Positions 7,457-15,589 of a stretch of DNA of 32,000 nt are shown here, piece after piece. The notes under the pieces were generated by a model. The model did not search any database. It saw only the letters and a program-made list of their open reading frames with translations, and was not told the origin of the DNA. The stretch is from Delftia acidovorans NBRC 14950 (GTDB lineage Bacteria; Pseudomonadota; Gammaproteobacteria; Burkholderiales; Burkholderiaceae_C), in the NCBI RefSeq assembly GCF_001598795.1, contig NZ_BCZP01000025.1:48595-80594 (forward strand), read 5' to 3'. The translations under genes were made by a program, and so were the position numbers. Numbering within the stretch: position 1 is the first letter of the stretch; the number at the start of each line of letters is the position of its first letter.

Positions 7457-7821
7457 GATACGTTGTCATGGATTTCTTCACTCTGTCATATTCCGCCTTG
7501 AATCAATCTGCCCGACTGCAAATTGCGGATGATTCCTGGCGGTATTGAATCTCATGACTTTCAACGTCTGGCGGCGAATTCTATGGAGACAGCGTGGATT
7601 CAAACAGACCTATTTTCGTCAATGAACCAGACCGCTTTTTCAACGGTTTACATTGGCATGCCACCTTAATTGGTCTGCTCACCCGCTGAAACATGGTCGG
7701 AATCAAGGCAGCTGCACTTTGTAGACTGCCCATTACCGATGCGCCCTGGTTTCCAAATCCTTCCATAACCCGGGCGCTGCCGATTCCCGTGCTTCAGCGC
7801 CTCCAAGACAGCCAATGCGAC

Positions 7822-9102
7822 ATGGACGATTTATCGCTCCCCAAAATCAATTCACTGGATCTTCAACAGGCAGACAGCGAGGCCTGGGATGCCATCGCGG
7901 CCGAGCGGATTCGCCAGTCGCGCTCGATTGAATTGATTGCCTCTGAAAACTTCGTGAGCCGCGCGGTGATGGAGGCGCAGGGCTCGGTGCTGACCAACAA
8001 ATACGCCGAGGGCTATCCGGGCGTGCGCTACTACGGCGGCTGCGCCAATGCCGATGCCGTCGAGAACCTGGCCATTGCGCGTGCCAAGGCGCTGTTCGGC
8101 TGCGCGCACGCCAACGTGCAGCCGCATTCGGGCAGCCAGGCCAACCAGGGCGTGTACCTGGCCTTTCTGGAGCCTGGCGACAAGATCATGGGGCTGGACC
8201 TGCGCTCGGGCGGGCACCTGACGCATGGCTCCCGCGTGAGCGTGTCGGGCAAGTGGTTCCAGTCCATCAGCTACGAGGTGGACGCCCGCTCCCAGCGCAT
8301 CGACATGGACCAGGTGCGGCGCATTGCGCTGAAGGAGCGGCCCAGGCTCATCATTGCCGGTGGCTCGGCCTATTCACGGCAGATGGACTGGGCCGAGTTC
8401 CGGCGCATTGCCGACCGGGTGGGCGCCATCTTCATGGCCGACATCGCGCACGTGGCGGGGCTGGTGGCCGCGGGCGTGTTCCCCTCCCCCGTGGAGCACG
8501 CCCATGTGACCACGACCACCACGCACAAGACGCTGCGCGGGCCGCGCGGCGGCATGATCCTCTCGGCCGACGCCGAGATCGCCAGGCGCATAGACGCCGC
8601 CGTGTTTCCGGGCCTGCAGTCCGGGCCGCTGATGCATGTGGTGGCGGCCAAGGCGGTGGCGCTGGGCGAGGCGCTCAAGCCCGCCTTCCGCACCTATGCG
8701 CGGGCCGTGGTGGACAACGCCCGCGTGCTGTGCGACCGGCTTTCGCAGGGCGGACTGTCCGTGGTCTCCGCAGGCACGGACTGCCATCTGGGCGTGATCG
8801 ACCTGCGCCCCTGGGAGCTGACGGGCAAGGCCGCCGAAACGGCGCTGGAGCAGATCGGCATCACGGTCAACAAGAACGCCGTGCCCGGCGATGGCGCGCG
8901 GCCGCTGGTGACCTCGGGCATCCGCGTGGGCAGCGCGGCCTGCACCACGCGCGGCATGGGCGCCGACGAGTTCCGCGAGATCGGCGACATGATTCTTGCC
9001 ACGCTGGGCGGCATACGCAGCGGCACCATGAACGCGCGCACGCTCAAGTCCATCCACGAAGGCGTGTCCGACCTCACCGGGCGCTTTCCCCTGCCCTATT
9101 GA
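7822..9102 (+). CDS. Serine hydroxymethyltransferase-family PLP enzyme, divergent paralog (SHMT-1)
   Basis: ORF 7693..9102 was trimmed to ATG 7822 by alignment logic (17 residues before [12 protein letters not shown]...IELIASENF). It contains [16 protein letters not shown] and the PLP-lysine motif [14 protein letters not shown]. There is no clear Shine-Dalgarno, so the start is uncertain. QSGP and PGDGARP replace the QGGP and PNDPRSP seen in the second copy. Confidence 0.85.
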   Translation: MDDLSLPKINSLDLQQADSEAWDAIAAERIRQSRSIELIASENFVSRAVMEAQGSVLTNKYAEGYPGVRYYGGCANADAVENLAIARAKALFGCAHANVQPHSGSQANQGVYLAFLEPGDKIMGLDLRSGGHLTHGSRVSVSGKWFQSISYEVDARSQRIDMDQVRRIALKERPRLIIAGGSAYSRQMDWAEFRRIADRVGAIFMADIAHVAGLVAAGVFPSPVEHAHVTTTTTHKTLRGPRGGMILSADAEIARRIDAAVFPGLQSGPLMHVVAAKAVALGEALKPAFRTYARAVVDNARVLCDRLSQGGLSVVSAGTDCHLGVIDLRPWELTGKAAETALEQIGITVNKNAVPGDGARPLVTSGIRVGSAACTTRGMGADEFREIGDMILATLGGIRSGTMNARTLKSIHEGVSDLTGRFPLPY

Positions 9103-9132
9103 GGCATGCAGCGTCCGGCGTCTCCCAACCTG

Positions 9133-10647
9133 TCAGGGTTTTCGCAGCGCGTTGGCCAGGCGCAGCACGGCGGCCTCGATCTCGTAGGCCGTGAGGGAGG
9201 CATAGCCCAGCAGCCAGCCCGGCTGCCGCTGCTCGCCCGCGTACAGGCGGCTGAGCCCCTGCAGCAGCACGCCGGCCGCGGCGGCGCGGCGGATAGTGTC
9301 TTCCTCGGACCAGCCGGGCTCCAGCAGGCAGGGCACCTGCATGCCGCCCTGGGGCCGTGGCGCGGTGACGATGCCGGCCAGGTGCCTGCCTATGGATTCG
9401 AGGATGACCTCGCGCCGCCCCGCGTACAGCTTGCGCATGGCCCGCACGTGGGAGTTGTAGTGGCCGTCTTCCATGAAGCGCGCCAGCGTCAGCTGCTGGA
9501 TCTGGGGCGTGTGCCCGTCCATGATGCTGCGCGCCTGGACAAAGGCGCGCACCAGCTCCTGCGGCAAGGCCATGTAGCCCATGCGCAGGCCCGGGTACAG
9601 GGTCTTGCCGAAGGTGCCGATGTAGATGGTGCGCCCGTGCTTGTCCAGGCCTTGCACGCAGGCGGTGGGCATGCCGTCGTAGTGGAATTCGCTGTCGTAG
9701 TCGTCCTCGATGATCCAGCGCCCGCTCTCGAACGCCCATCGGATCAGGTCCAGCCGCCGCTCCAGCTGCATGGTGACGCCCGTGGGGTACTGGTGCGATG
9801 GCGTGACGTAGACGCAGGTGGCGCCGCTGCGGTCGGCATGCAGCAGGTCCGTGCGAATGCCTTGCGCGTCCACGTCGATGGGCAGGACCTTGGCCTCCGC
9901 CGACTCGAAGGCCTTGCGGGCGCCGAAGTAGCCGGGGTTCTCCAGCAGGATGGGCCGGCCCGCGTCCACCAGCAGCTGCGCGCACAGGAACAGCGCCTGC
10001 CGCGTGCTGCTGAGCACCACGATCTGCCCGGCGTCCACCTTGGCGCCGCGCTCCAGGTTGAGGTAAGTGGCAATGGCCTTGCGCAGCGGCTCGGCGCCCT
10101 GCGGGTCGCCGTGCAGCAGGACGCTGGCGCGGTAGTCCTTGAGCGCCTGCCGCTGCAGCCGCTCCCAGACATCGGTGGGAAAGGTTCGCGTCTCGGGCAG
10201 GCCGGTGGCAAAGGCCCGAATGGTCTGCTGGTCGGCGATGCCGCCGCCGTCAACAATGGCCTGGCCGCGCCGGCTCAGGCCGGCACCGGCCCTGCCCGCT
10301 GCGGCCACCTGGGCGCTGCGCTCGTGCTCGGGCGACCGGCCGCGCCGCGCCGCCCGGCCCCGCAGCTCGGTGCCGATGGTCTCGGAGACATAGCTGCCCG
10401 ATCCCTGGCGCCGCACGATGAAGCCGTCGCGGTGCAGCTGGGTGTAGGCGTTCTCCACCGTGTCGCGGGCAATGCCCAGCGAGTCGGCCAGCGAGCGCGT
10501 GGCCGGCAGCTTCAGGCCGGGCAGCAGAGCTCCGTCCAGGATGAGCGCACGCATGGCGCGCTGCACCCGCTGGTGCAGGTCCAGCTGGCGCAGGTCGGCA
10601 TCTCCCATGCGGATCTTCAGGGTCTCAAGCTCGAAGGTCTTGCTCAT
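9133..10647 (-). CDS. MocR/PdxR/GabR-type regulator (GntR wHTH fused to fold-type-I aminotransferase domain)
   Basis: 504 aa. The N-terminal L.LPATRSLADSLGIARDTVENAYTQLHRDGFIVRRQGSGSYV is a GntR HTH. A long C-terminal aminotransferase-like domain follows (YGDPQG, TPSHQYPTG, IYIGTFGKTLYPGLRMGY with the PLP Lys). Confidence 0.9.
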   Translation of the reverse strand: MSKTFELETLKIRMGDADLRQLDLHQRVQRAMRALILDGALLPGLKLPATRSLADSLGIARDTVENAYTQLHRDGFIVRRQGSGSYVSETIGTELRGRAARRGRSPEHERSAQVAAAGRAGAGLSRRGQAIVDGGGIADQQTIRAFATGLPETRTFPTDVWERLQRQALKDYRASVLLHGDPQGAEPLRKAIATYLNLERGAKVDAGQIVVLSSTRQALFLCAQLLVDAGRPILLENPGYFGARKAFESAEAKVLPIDVDAQGIRTDLLHADRSGATCVYVTPSHQYPTGVTMQLERRLDLIRWAFESGRWIIEDDYDSEFHYDGMPTACVQGLDKHGRTIYIGTFGKTLYPGLRMGYMALPQELVRAFVQARSIMDGHTPQIQQLTLARFMEDGHYNSHVRAMRKLYAGRREVILESIGRHLAGIVTAPRPQGGMQVPCLLEPGWSEEDTIRRAAAAGVLLQGLSRLYAGEQRQPGWLLGYASLTAYEIEAAVLRLANALRKP

Positions 10648-10838
10648 GCGGTCTGCTGCCTTTCATCTCATTACACCTCTTGGGCAGGCCATTGTACTGA
10701 CGCAAACGCTGCGCACCCATTGCAAAGTGGTCTGAAACAAGAGAGCGAAGTGTATGGATCATTCAGTCCACTTCGGCGCTCAAATACCCCTTTCCCCAGA
10801 CAGCCAGGAATCCAACCCCCAAGGAAAACGAGAAGACC

Positions 10839-12095
10839 ATGCCTTCATCAGACACACACTCACCCCTTCGCTTCAGAGACCTCATCCACCCCGTTGTGGC
10901 CGGGCTGATCTCGGTCATCGTCAACTACGGCGGCACCTTCATCCTGGTGTTCCAGGCCGCCAAGGTGGCCGGCCTGAGCCCGGAACTCACGGCTTCGTGG
11001 GTGTGGTCGATTTCGATTGGCGTGGGCGTCACCGGGCTGGTGCTGAGCTGGCTCTCGCGCGAGCCCATCATCACGGCCTGGTCCACGCCGGCCGCCGCTT
11101 TCCTGGTGACGGCCCTGGCCACCACGCCGTATGCCGAGGCCGTGGGCGCCTATGTGGTGTCGGCCGCGGCCTTCGTGGTGCTGGGACTGTCGGGCTGGTT
11201 CGAGCGCGTGATCCGGCTGATTCCGCCCGGCGTGGCCTCGGGCCTGCTGGCGGGCATCCTGCTGCAGTTCGGCATCAAGGCCTTTGGCGGCATGAGCGTG
11301 GACCCGCTGTTGGCCGGCCTGCTGATCGTGGCCTATGTGCTGCTCAAGCGGCTCACGGCGCGCTATGCGGTGGTCGGCATCCTGGCGCTGGGCATGGCGT
11401 TCCTGCTGGCGCAGGACCGTGTGGACCTGTCCGGGCTGCAGCTGCGATTCGCGGCGCCGGTGTTCACACGGCCGGAATTCACGCTCAACGCCCTGCTCAG
11501 CGTGGCCCTGCCGCTGTTCCTGATCACGCTGACCGGCCAGTACATGCCCGGCATGCTGGTGCTGCGCAACGACGGCTTCAAGACCAGCGCCAACCCCATC
11601 GTCACGCTGACGGGCCTGGGCTCGCTGCTGATGGCGCCGTTCGGCTCGCACGCCTTCAACATCGCCGCCATCACGGCCGCCATCTGCACGGGCAAGGAGG
11701 CGCATGAAGAGCCGTCCAGGCGCTGGATCGCGGGCATCGCTGCGGGCGTGTTCTACATCCTGGTGGGCGTGTTCGGCGTCACGCTGGCGGCCGTGTTCAT
11801 GGCGTTCCCGGCCACCTTCATCACCACGCTGGCGGGCCTGGCGCTGCTGGGCACCATCGGCGGCAGCCTGGCCAATGCGCTGGCCGACGCCAAAACCCGC
11901 GAGGCCTCGCTGATCACCTTCCTGGCTGCCGCAGCCAACATTTCCATGCTGGGCATAGGCGGCGCCTTCTGGGGCCTGGTCATCGGCCTGGTCGCCCATG
12001 CCGTGCTCAACGGCCAGTGGCCGCGCCGGGCCGCCCGCAGCGAGGCGGGCACCGGCAACGTGCCCGCCGCCGATGCCGCCATCAAAAGGAGCTGA
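10839..12095 (+). CDS. benE: BenE-family (benzoate:H+ symporter family) membrane transporter
   Basis: 418 aa and polytopic. VAGLISVIVNYGGTFILVFQAAKVAGLS...ASWVWSISIGVG and TAWSTPAAAFLV match BenE family signatures. It is divergent from MocR. Confidence 0.8.
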   Translation: MPSSDTHSPLRFRDLIHPVVAGLISVIVNYGGTFILVFQAAKVAGLSPELTASWVWSISIGVGVTGLVLSWLSREPIITAWSTPAAAFLVTALATTPYAEAVGAYVVSAAAFVVLGLSGWFERVIRLIPPGVASGLLAGILLQFGIKAFGGMSVDPLLAGLLIVAYVLLKRLTARYAVVGILALGMAFLLAQDRVDLSGLQLRFAAPVFTRPEFTLNALLSVALPLFLITLTGQYMPGMLVLRNDGFKTSANPIVTLTGLGSLLMAPFGSHAFNIAAITAAICTGKEAHEEPSRRWIAGIAAGVFYILVGVFGVTLAAVFMAFPATFITTLAGLALLGTIGGSLANALADAKTREASLITFLAAAANISMLGIGGAFWGLVIGLVAHAVLNGQWPRRAARSEAGTGNVPAADAAIKRS

Positions 12096-12099
12096 AACC

Positions 12100-12951
12100 A
12101 TGCTTTCGACACAAGACACCACCGGCGGCACCGCCCAAGCCGCCGACACCCTGACCCGCCACGACCAGCACGGCCGCTACCCCCAGGCCGAGACGGTGGA
12201 CGATTTCCGGCACAACCTGGCCACCGTGCAGGCGCGCATGGCCGCTGCGTGCCGCCGCGCAGGGCGCGACCCGGCCAGCGTGCGCCTGCTGCCCGTGAGC
12301 AAGACCAAGCCCGAATCCAGCCTGCGCCTGGCCCACGCGGCGGGCTGCCGCATGCTGGGCGAGAACAAGGTGCAGGAAGCCTTCGGCAAGTGGGAGGCCA
12401 TGCAGGACCTGGCCGATCTGCAGTGGTCCGTCATCGGCCACCTGCAGACCAACAAGGCCAGGCTGGTGGCACGCTTTGCCAGCGAGTTCCAGGCGCTGGA
12501 CAACCTGCGCGTGGCCGAGGCGCTGGACCGCCGCCTGCAGGCCGAAGGCCGGGCGCTGGACGTGTTCGTGCAGGTCAACACCTCGGGCGAGGCCAGCAAA
12601 TACGGCCTGCCGCCCGACGAGGTGCAGGGATTTGTCCAGGCCCTGCCCGCCTTCAGTGCGCTGCGCGTGCGCGGCCTGATGACGCTGGCCCTGTTCTCCA
12701 GCGAGGCCGAGCGCGTGCGCCAGTGCTTCGTGCTGCTGCGCAGCCTGCGCGACCAGCTGCGCCAGAGCGCGCCGGCGGGCATCTCGCTGGATGAGCTGTC
12801 CATGGGCATGTCCGGCGACTTCGAGATCGCCATCGAGGAAGGCGCCACCGTGGTGCGCGTGGGCCAGGCCATCTTCGGTGCCCGCGCCCAGCCGGACAGC
12901 TTTTACTGGCCCGCAGGCGGCCCCGATCCCGCGGCCCTGGCACTGCCCTGA
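12100..12951 (+). CDS. yggS: YggS/PLPBP-family PLP-binding protein (alanine-racemase N-terminal fold) with N- and C-terminal extensions
   Basis: ORF 11998..12951 was trimmed to ATG 12100, preceded by AAAAGGAG. It contains VRLLPVSKTKP (PLP Lys), GENKVQE, W..IGHLQTNK, LSMGMSGDFE.AIE.GAT.VRVG.AIFG. The start is 4 nt after the benE stop. Confidence 0.85.
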   Translation: MLSTQDTTGGTAQAADTLTRHDQHGRYPQAETVDDFRHNLATVQARMAAACRRAGRDPASVRLLPVSKTKPESSLRLAHAAGCRMLGENKVQEAFGKWEAMQDLADLQWSVIGHLQTNKARLVARFASEFQALDNLRVAEALDRRLQAEGRALDVFVQVNTSGEASKYGLPPDEVQGFVQALPAFSALRVRGLMTLALFSSEAERVRQCFVLLRSLRDQLRQSAPAGISLDELSMGMSGDFEIAIEEGATVVRVGQAIFGARAQPDSFYWPAGGPDPAALALP

Positions 12952-13008
12952 ACGCGCCCCCTCGCCACCCTTTTCGATTCAACCCTGACCCCGCTTGAGG
13001 ACCTTGAC

Positions 13009-14247
13009 ATGCAAAAAGCCATGCAACCCCTTGATTCCCGCCTGATGAAGGCCTATGCCCGCCAGCCCGTCTCCTTCGTCCGTGGCCGTGGAGCCCTGCT
13101 GTGGGACGAGCACGGCAACGAATACCTGGACGCCATTGCCGGCGTGGCAGTGACCGCCCTGGGCCACGCCCATCCGGAGATCGCCGCCGTGATCGCCGAG
13201 CAGGCCGGCCTGCTGCTGCACACCTCCAACGTGTTCCGCATCGACTGGCAGGAACGCCTGGGCCAGCGCCTGTGCTCCCTGGCCGGCATGGAGACGGCCT
13301 TCTTCTGCAACTCCGGCGCCGAGGCCAATGAGGCCGCGCTCAAGCTGGCGCGCCTGCACGGCCACCGCAGGCAGGTGGCGCGGCCGCAGATCCTGGTGAT
13401 GGACAACGGCTTTCACGGCCGCACACTGGCCACGCTGTCGGCCACGGGCAACCCGGCTAAGCAGCGCGGCTTCGAGCCGCTGATGCCGGGCTTCGTGCGC
13501 GTGCCCTATGACGACATCGCGGCCGTGCACCACGCCGCCGCCCAGCATGGCGACATCGTGGCCGTGCTGATCGAGCCCGTGCAGGGCGAAGGCGGCATCC
13601 GCCTGGCAAGCCCCGACTACCTGCGCCAGCTGCGCAGCCTGTGCGACCGGCATGGCTGGCTGCTGATGCTGGACGAGATCCAGACCGGCCTGGGACGCAC
13701 CGGCGCCTGGTTCGGCCACCAGCACGCGGGTATCACCCCCGATGTGATGACCCTGGCCAAGGCCCTGGGCAACGGCATTCCTATCGGCGCCTGCCTGGCG
13801 CGCGGGCCTGCGGCCGACCTGATCTCGCCCGGCCAGCATGGCTCCACCTTCGGCGGCAACCCGCTGGCCTGCCGCGTGGGGTGCACGGTGCTGGACATCA
13901 TGGAGAGCGAGGACATCCCCGGCCGCGCCAGGCAACTGGGCCGGCGCCTGCTCAACGGCCTGCAGCAGGCGCTGCACGGCCACCCCGACGTGCTGGCCGT
14001 GCGCGGCCAGGGCCTGATGGTGGGCATCGAGTTGAACCGCAACTGCCAGGACCTGGTGGGCCGCGCGCTGGCCCAGCAGCGCCTGCTGATCACGGTGACG
14101 CGCGAATCCACCATCCGCCTGCTGCCGCCGCTGATATGTGACGAGCGCCAGATCGACGACATCGTCGCCCGCGTAGCCTGCCTGCTGGAGCCGGCCAGCG
14201 CCGCGCAGGCAGGCGCCCCCGCCGCAGGCCAGCTGGCAGCTGCATGA
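13009..14247 (+). CDS. Class-III (ArgD/acetylornithine/omega-amine type) PLP aminotransferase
   Basis: 412 aa. [11 protein letters not shown]...[76 protein letters not shown] Shine-Dalgarno upstream. Confidence 0.9.
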   Translation: MQKAMQPLDSRLMKAYARQPVSFVRGRGALLWDEHGNEYLDAIAGVAVTALGHAHPEIAAVIAEQAGLLLHTSNVFRIDWQERLGQRLCSLAGMETAFFCNSGAEANEAALKLARLHGHRRQVARPQILVMDNGFHGRTLATLSATGNPAKQRGFEPLMPGFVRVPYDDIAAVHHAAAQHGDIVAVLIEPVQGEGGIRLASPDYLRQLRSLCDRHGWLLMLDEIQTGLGRTGAWFGHQHAGITPDVMTLAKALGNGIPIGACLARGPAADLISPGQHGSTFGGNPLACRVGCTVLDIMESEDIPGRARQLGRRLLNGLQQALHGHPDVLAVRGQGLMVGIELNRNCQDLVGRALAQQRLLITVTRESTIRLLPPLICDERQIDDIVARVACLLEPASAAQAGAPAAGQLAAA

Positions 14248-14293
14248 CCATCGATTCCCCCAGCCCTTGCCCCGACACAGGAACCACTCACCC

Positions 14294-15568
14294 ATGTACG
14301 ACGCATCCCTGACCCTGGCCGACTTCGACCTGCAGCTGGCCAAGGCCATCCAGAGCGAGAAACGCCGCCAGGAAGACCATGTGGAACTCATCGCCTCCGA
14401 AAACTACGCCAGCCCGCTGGTGATGGCGGTGCAGAACTCGGTCTTCACCAACAAGTACGCCGAGGGCTATCCCGGCAAGCGCTACTACAGCGGCTGCGAG
14501 AACGTGGACGTGGCCGAGCGCCTGGCCGTGGAACGCGCCATGGCGCTGTTCGACTGCGACTACGCCAACGTGCAGCCCCATGCCGGCGCCCAGGCCAATG
14601 CCGCCGTGTTCCTGGCGCTGGCCCAGCCCGGCGACACCGTCATGGGCATGAACCTGGCCCAGGGCGGCCACCTGACGCATGGCAACCCGTCCAACTTCTC
14701 GGGCCGCCATTACCGCATCGTCCCCTACGGCCTGGACCCCGCCACGGGCCTGATCGACTACGACGAGATGGAGCGCATCGCCCTGGAGCACCGGCCCCGC
14801 ATGCTCATCGGCGGCTTCTCTGCCTACTCGCGCCACAAGGACTGGGCCCGCATGCGCGCCATTGCCGACAAGGTGGGCGCCGTGTTCTGGGTGGACATGG
14901 CCCATGTGGCAGGCCTGGTGGCTGCGGGCGAATACCCCAGCCCACTGCCCCACGCGCATGTGGTCACCAGCACCACGCACAAGACGCTGCGCGGCCCGCG
15001 CGGCGGCCTGATCCTGTCCAAGGGACAGGACGAAACCTTCAACCGCCGCCTGAGCTCGGCCGTGTTCCCCGGCGTGCAGGGCGGGCCGCTGATGCATGTG
15101 ATCGCCGCAAAGGCCGTCGCCTTCAAGGAGGCGCTGCAGCCCGGCTTCAAGACCTACCAGCGCCAGGTGCTGGCCAACGCCCGCGCCATGGCCGCCGTGA
15201 TCCAGCAGCGCGGCTACCGCATCGTCTCGGGCGGCACGGACAACCACCTGATGCTGATCGACCTGTCCGACCGCAGCTACACCGGCAAGGATGCCGACGC
15301 CGCGCTCAGCGAGGCGCACATCACCACCAACAAGAACACCGTGCCCAACGACCCGCGCTCGCCCTTCGTGACCTCGGGCCTGCGCATAGGCACGCCCGCC
15401 GTCACCACGCGCGGCTTCGGCCAGGCGCAGTGCGAACAGCTGGCCGGCTGGCTGTGCGATGTACTCGATGCGCTGGACGCGCAGGAAGGCGCCCGCTTTG
15501 CCAAGGTGGCGGCGCAGGTCAGGGAGCAAGTGACGGGGCTTTGCGCCCGCTATCCGGTGTACGGATAG
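14294..15568 (+). CDS. glyA: Serine hydroxymethyltransferase, canonical GlyA-like (SHMT-2)
   Basis: ORF 14267..15568 was trimmed to ATG 14294. It is close to collinear with enterobacterial GlyA as I recall it: [86 protein letters not shown], and C-terminal CARYPVYG. Confidence 0.9.
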   Translation: MYDASLTLADFDLQLAKAIQSEKRRQEDHVELIASENYASPLVMAVQNSVFTNKYAEGYPGKRYYSGCENVDVAERLAVERAMALFDCDYANVQPHAGAQANAAVFLALAQPGDTVMGMNLAQGGHLTHGNPSNFSGRHYRIVPYGLDPATGLIDYDEMERIALEHRPRMLIGGFSAYSRHKDWARMRAIADKVGAVFWVDMAHVAGLVAAGEYPSPLPHAHVVTSTTHKTLRGPRGGLILSKGQDETFNRRLSSAVFPGVQGGPLMHVIAAKAVAFKEALQPGFKTYQRQVLANARAMAAVIQQRGYRIVSGGTDNHLMLIDLSDRSYTGKDADAALSEAHITTNKNTVPNDPRSPFVTSGLRIGTPAVTTRGFGQAQCEQLAGWLCDVLDALDAQEGARFAKVAAQVREQVTGLCARYPVYG

Positions 15569-15589
15569 CCCGAGCGCAGCCGTGGTGGA

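Noticed and set aside
7321-7548. 75-aa plus-strand ORF (TTG start) with an ANDDANDD repeat, considered as a possible repeat-containing precursor peptide.
   Set aside because: It has a non-ATG start with no Shine-Dalgarno. The repeat is simply the 12-bp DNA tandem array read in one frame, and no peptide-modifying enzymes are nearby. It is treated as non-coding, although the alternative Met-rich frame is reported as a low-confidence finding.
7560-7821. Possible ZTP (pfl) or other folate/one-carbon riboswitch in the long SHMT-1 leader.
   Set aside because: Fragments resembling CUGGCG (7579), GCGCCCUGG (7741) and ACCCGGGCG (7769) are present. They are in the wrong order and spacing for the ZTP consensus (CUGGCG...ACCGGG...CCGCCUGGGC), and the pseudoknot partner is not intact. 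A covariance-model scan would be needed to revisit this.
9106-10908. 600-aa plus-strand ORF overlapping the MocR gene.
   Set aside because: It is antisense to a full-length GntR plus aminotransferase-fold regulator. The translation has no recognisable motifs and a GC-artifact composition.
12979-15529. Long minus-strand ORFs (12979..14391 at 470 aa; 14288..15529 at 413 aa) opposite the aminotransferase and SHMT-2.
   Set aside because: The plus-strand products align end-to-end with well-known PLP enzymes. The antisense ORFs are compositional artifacts.
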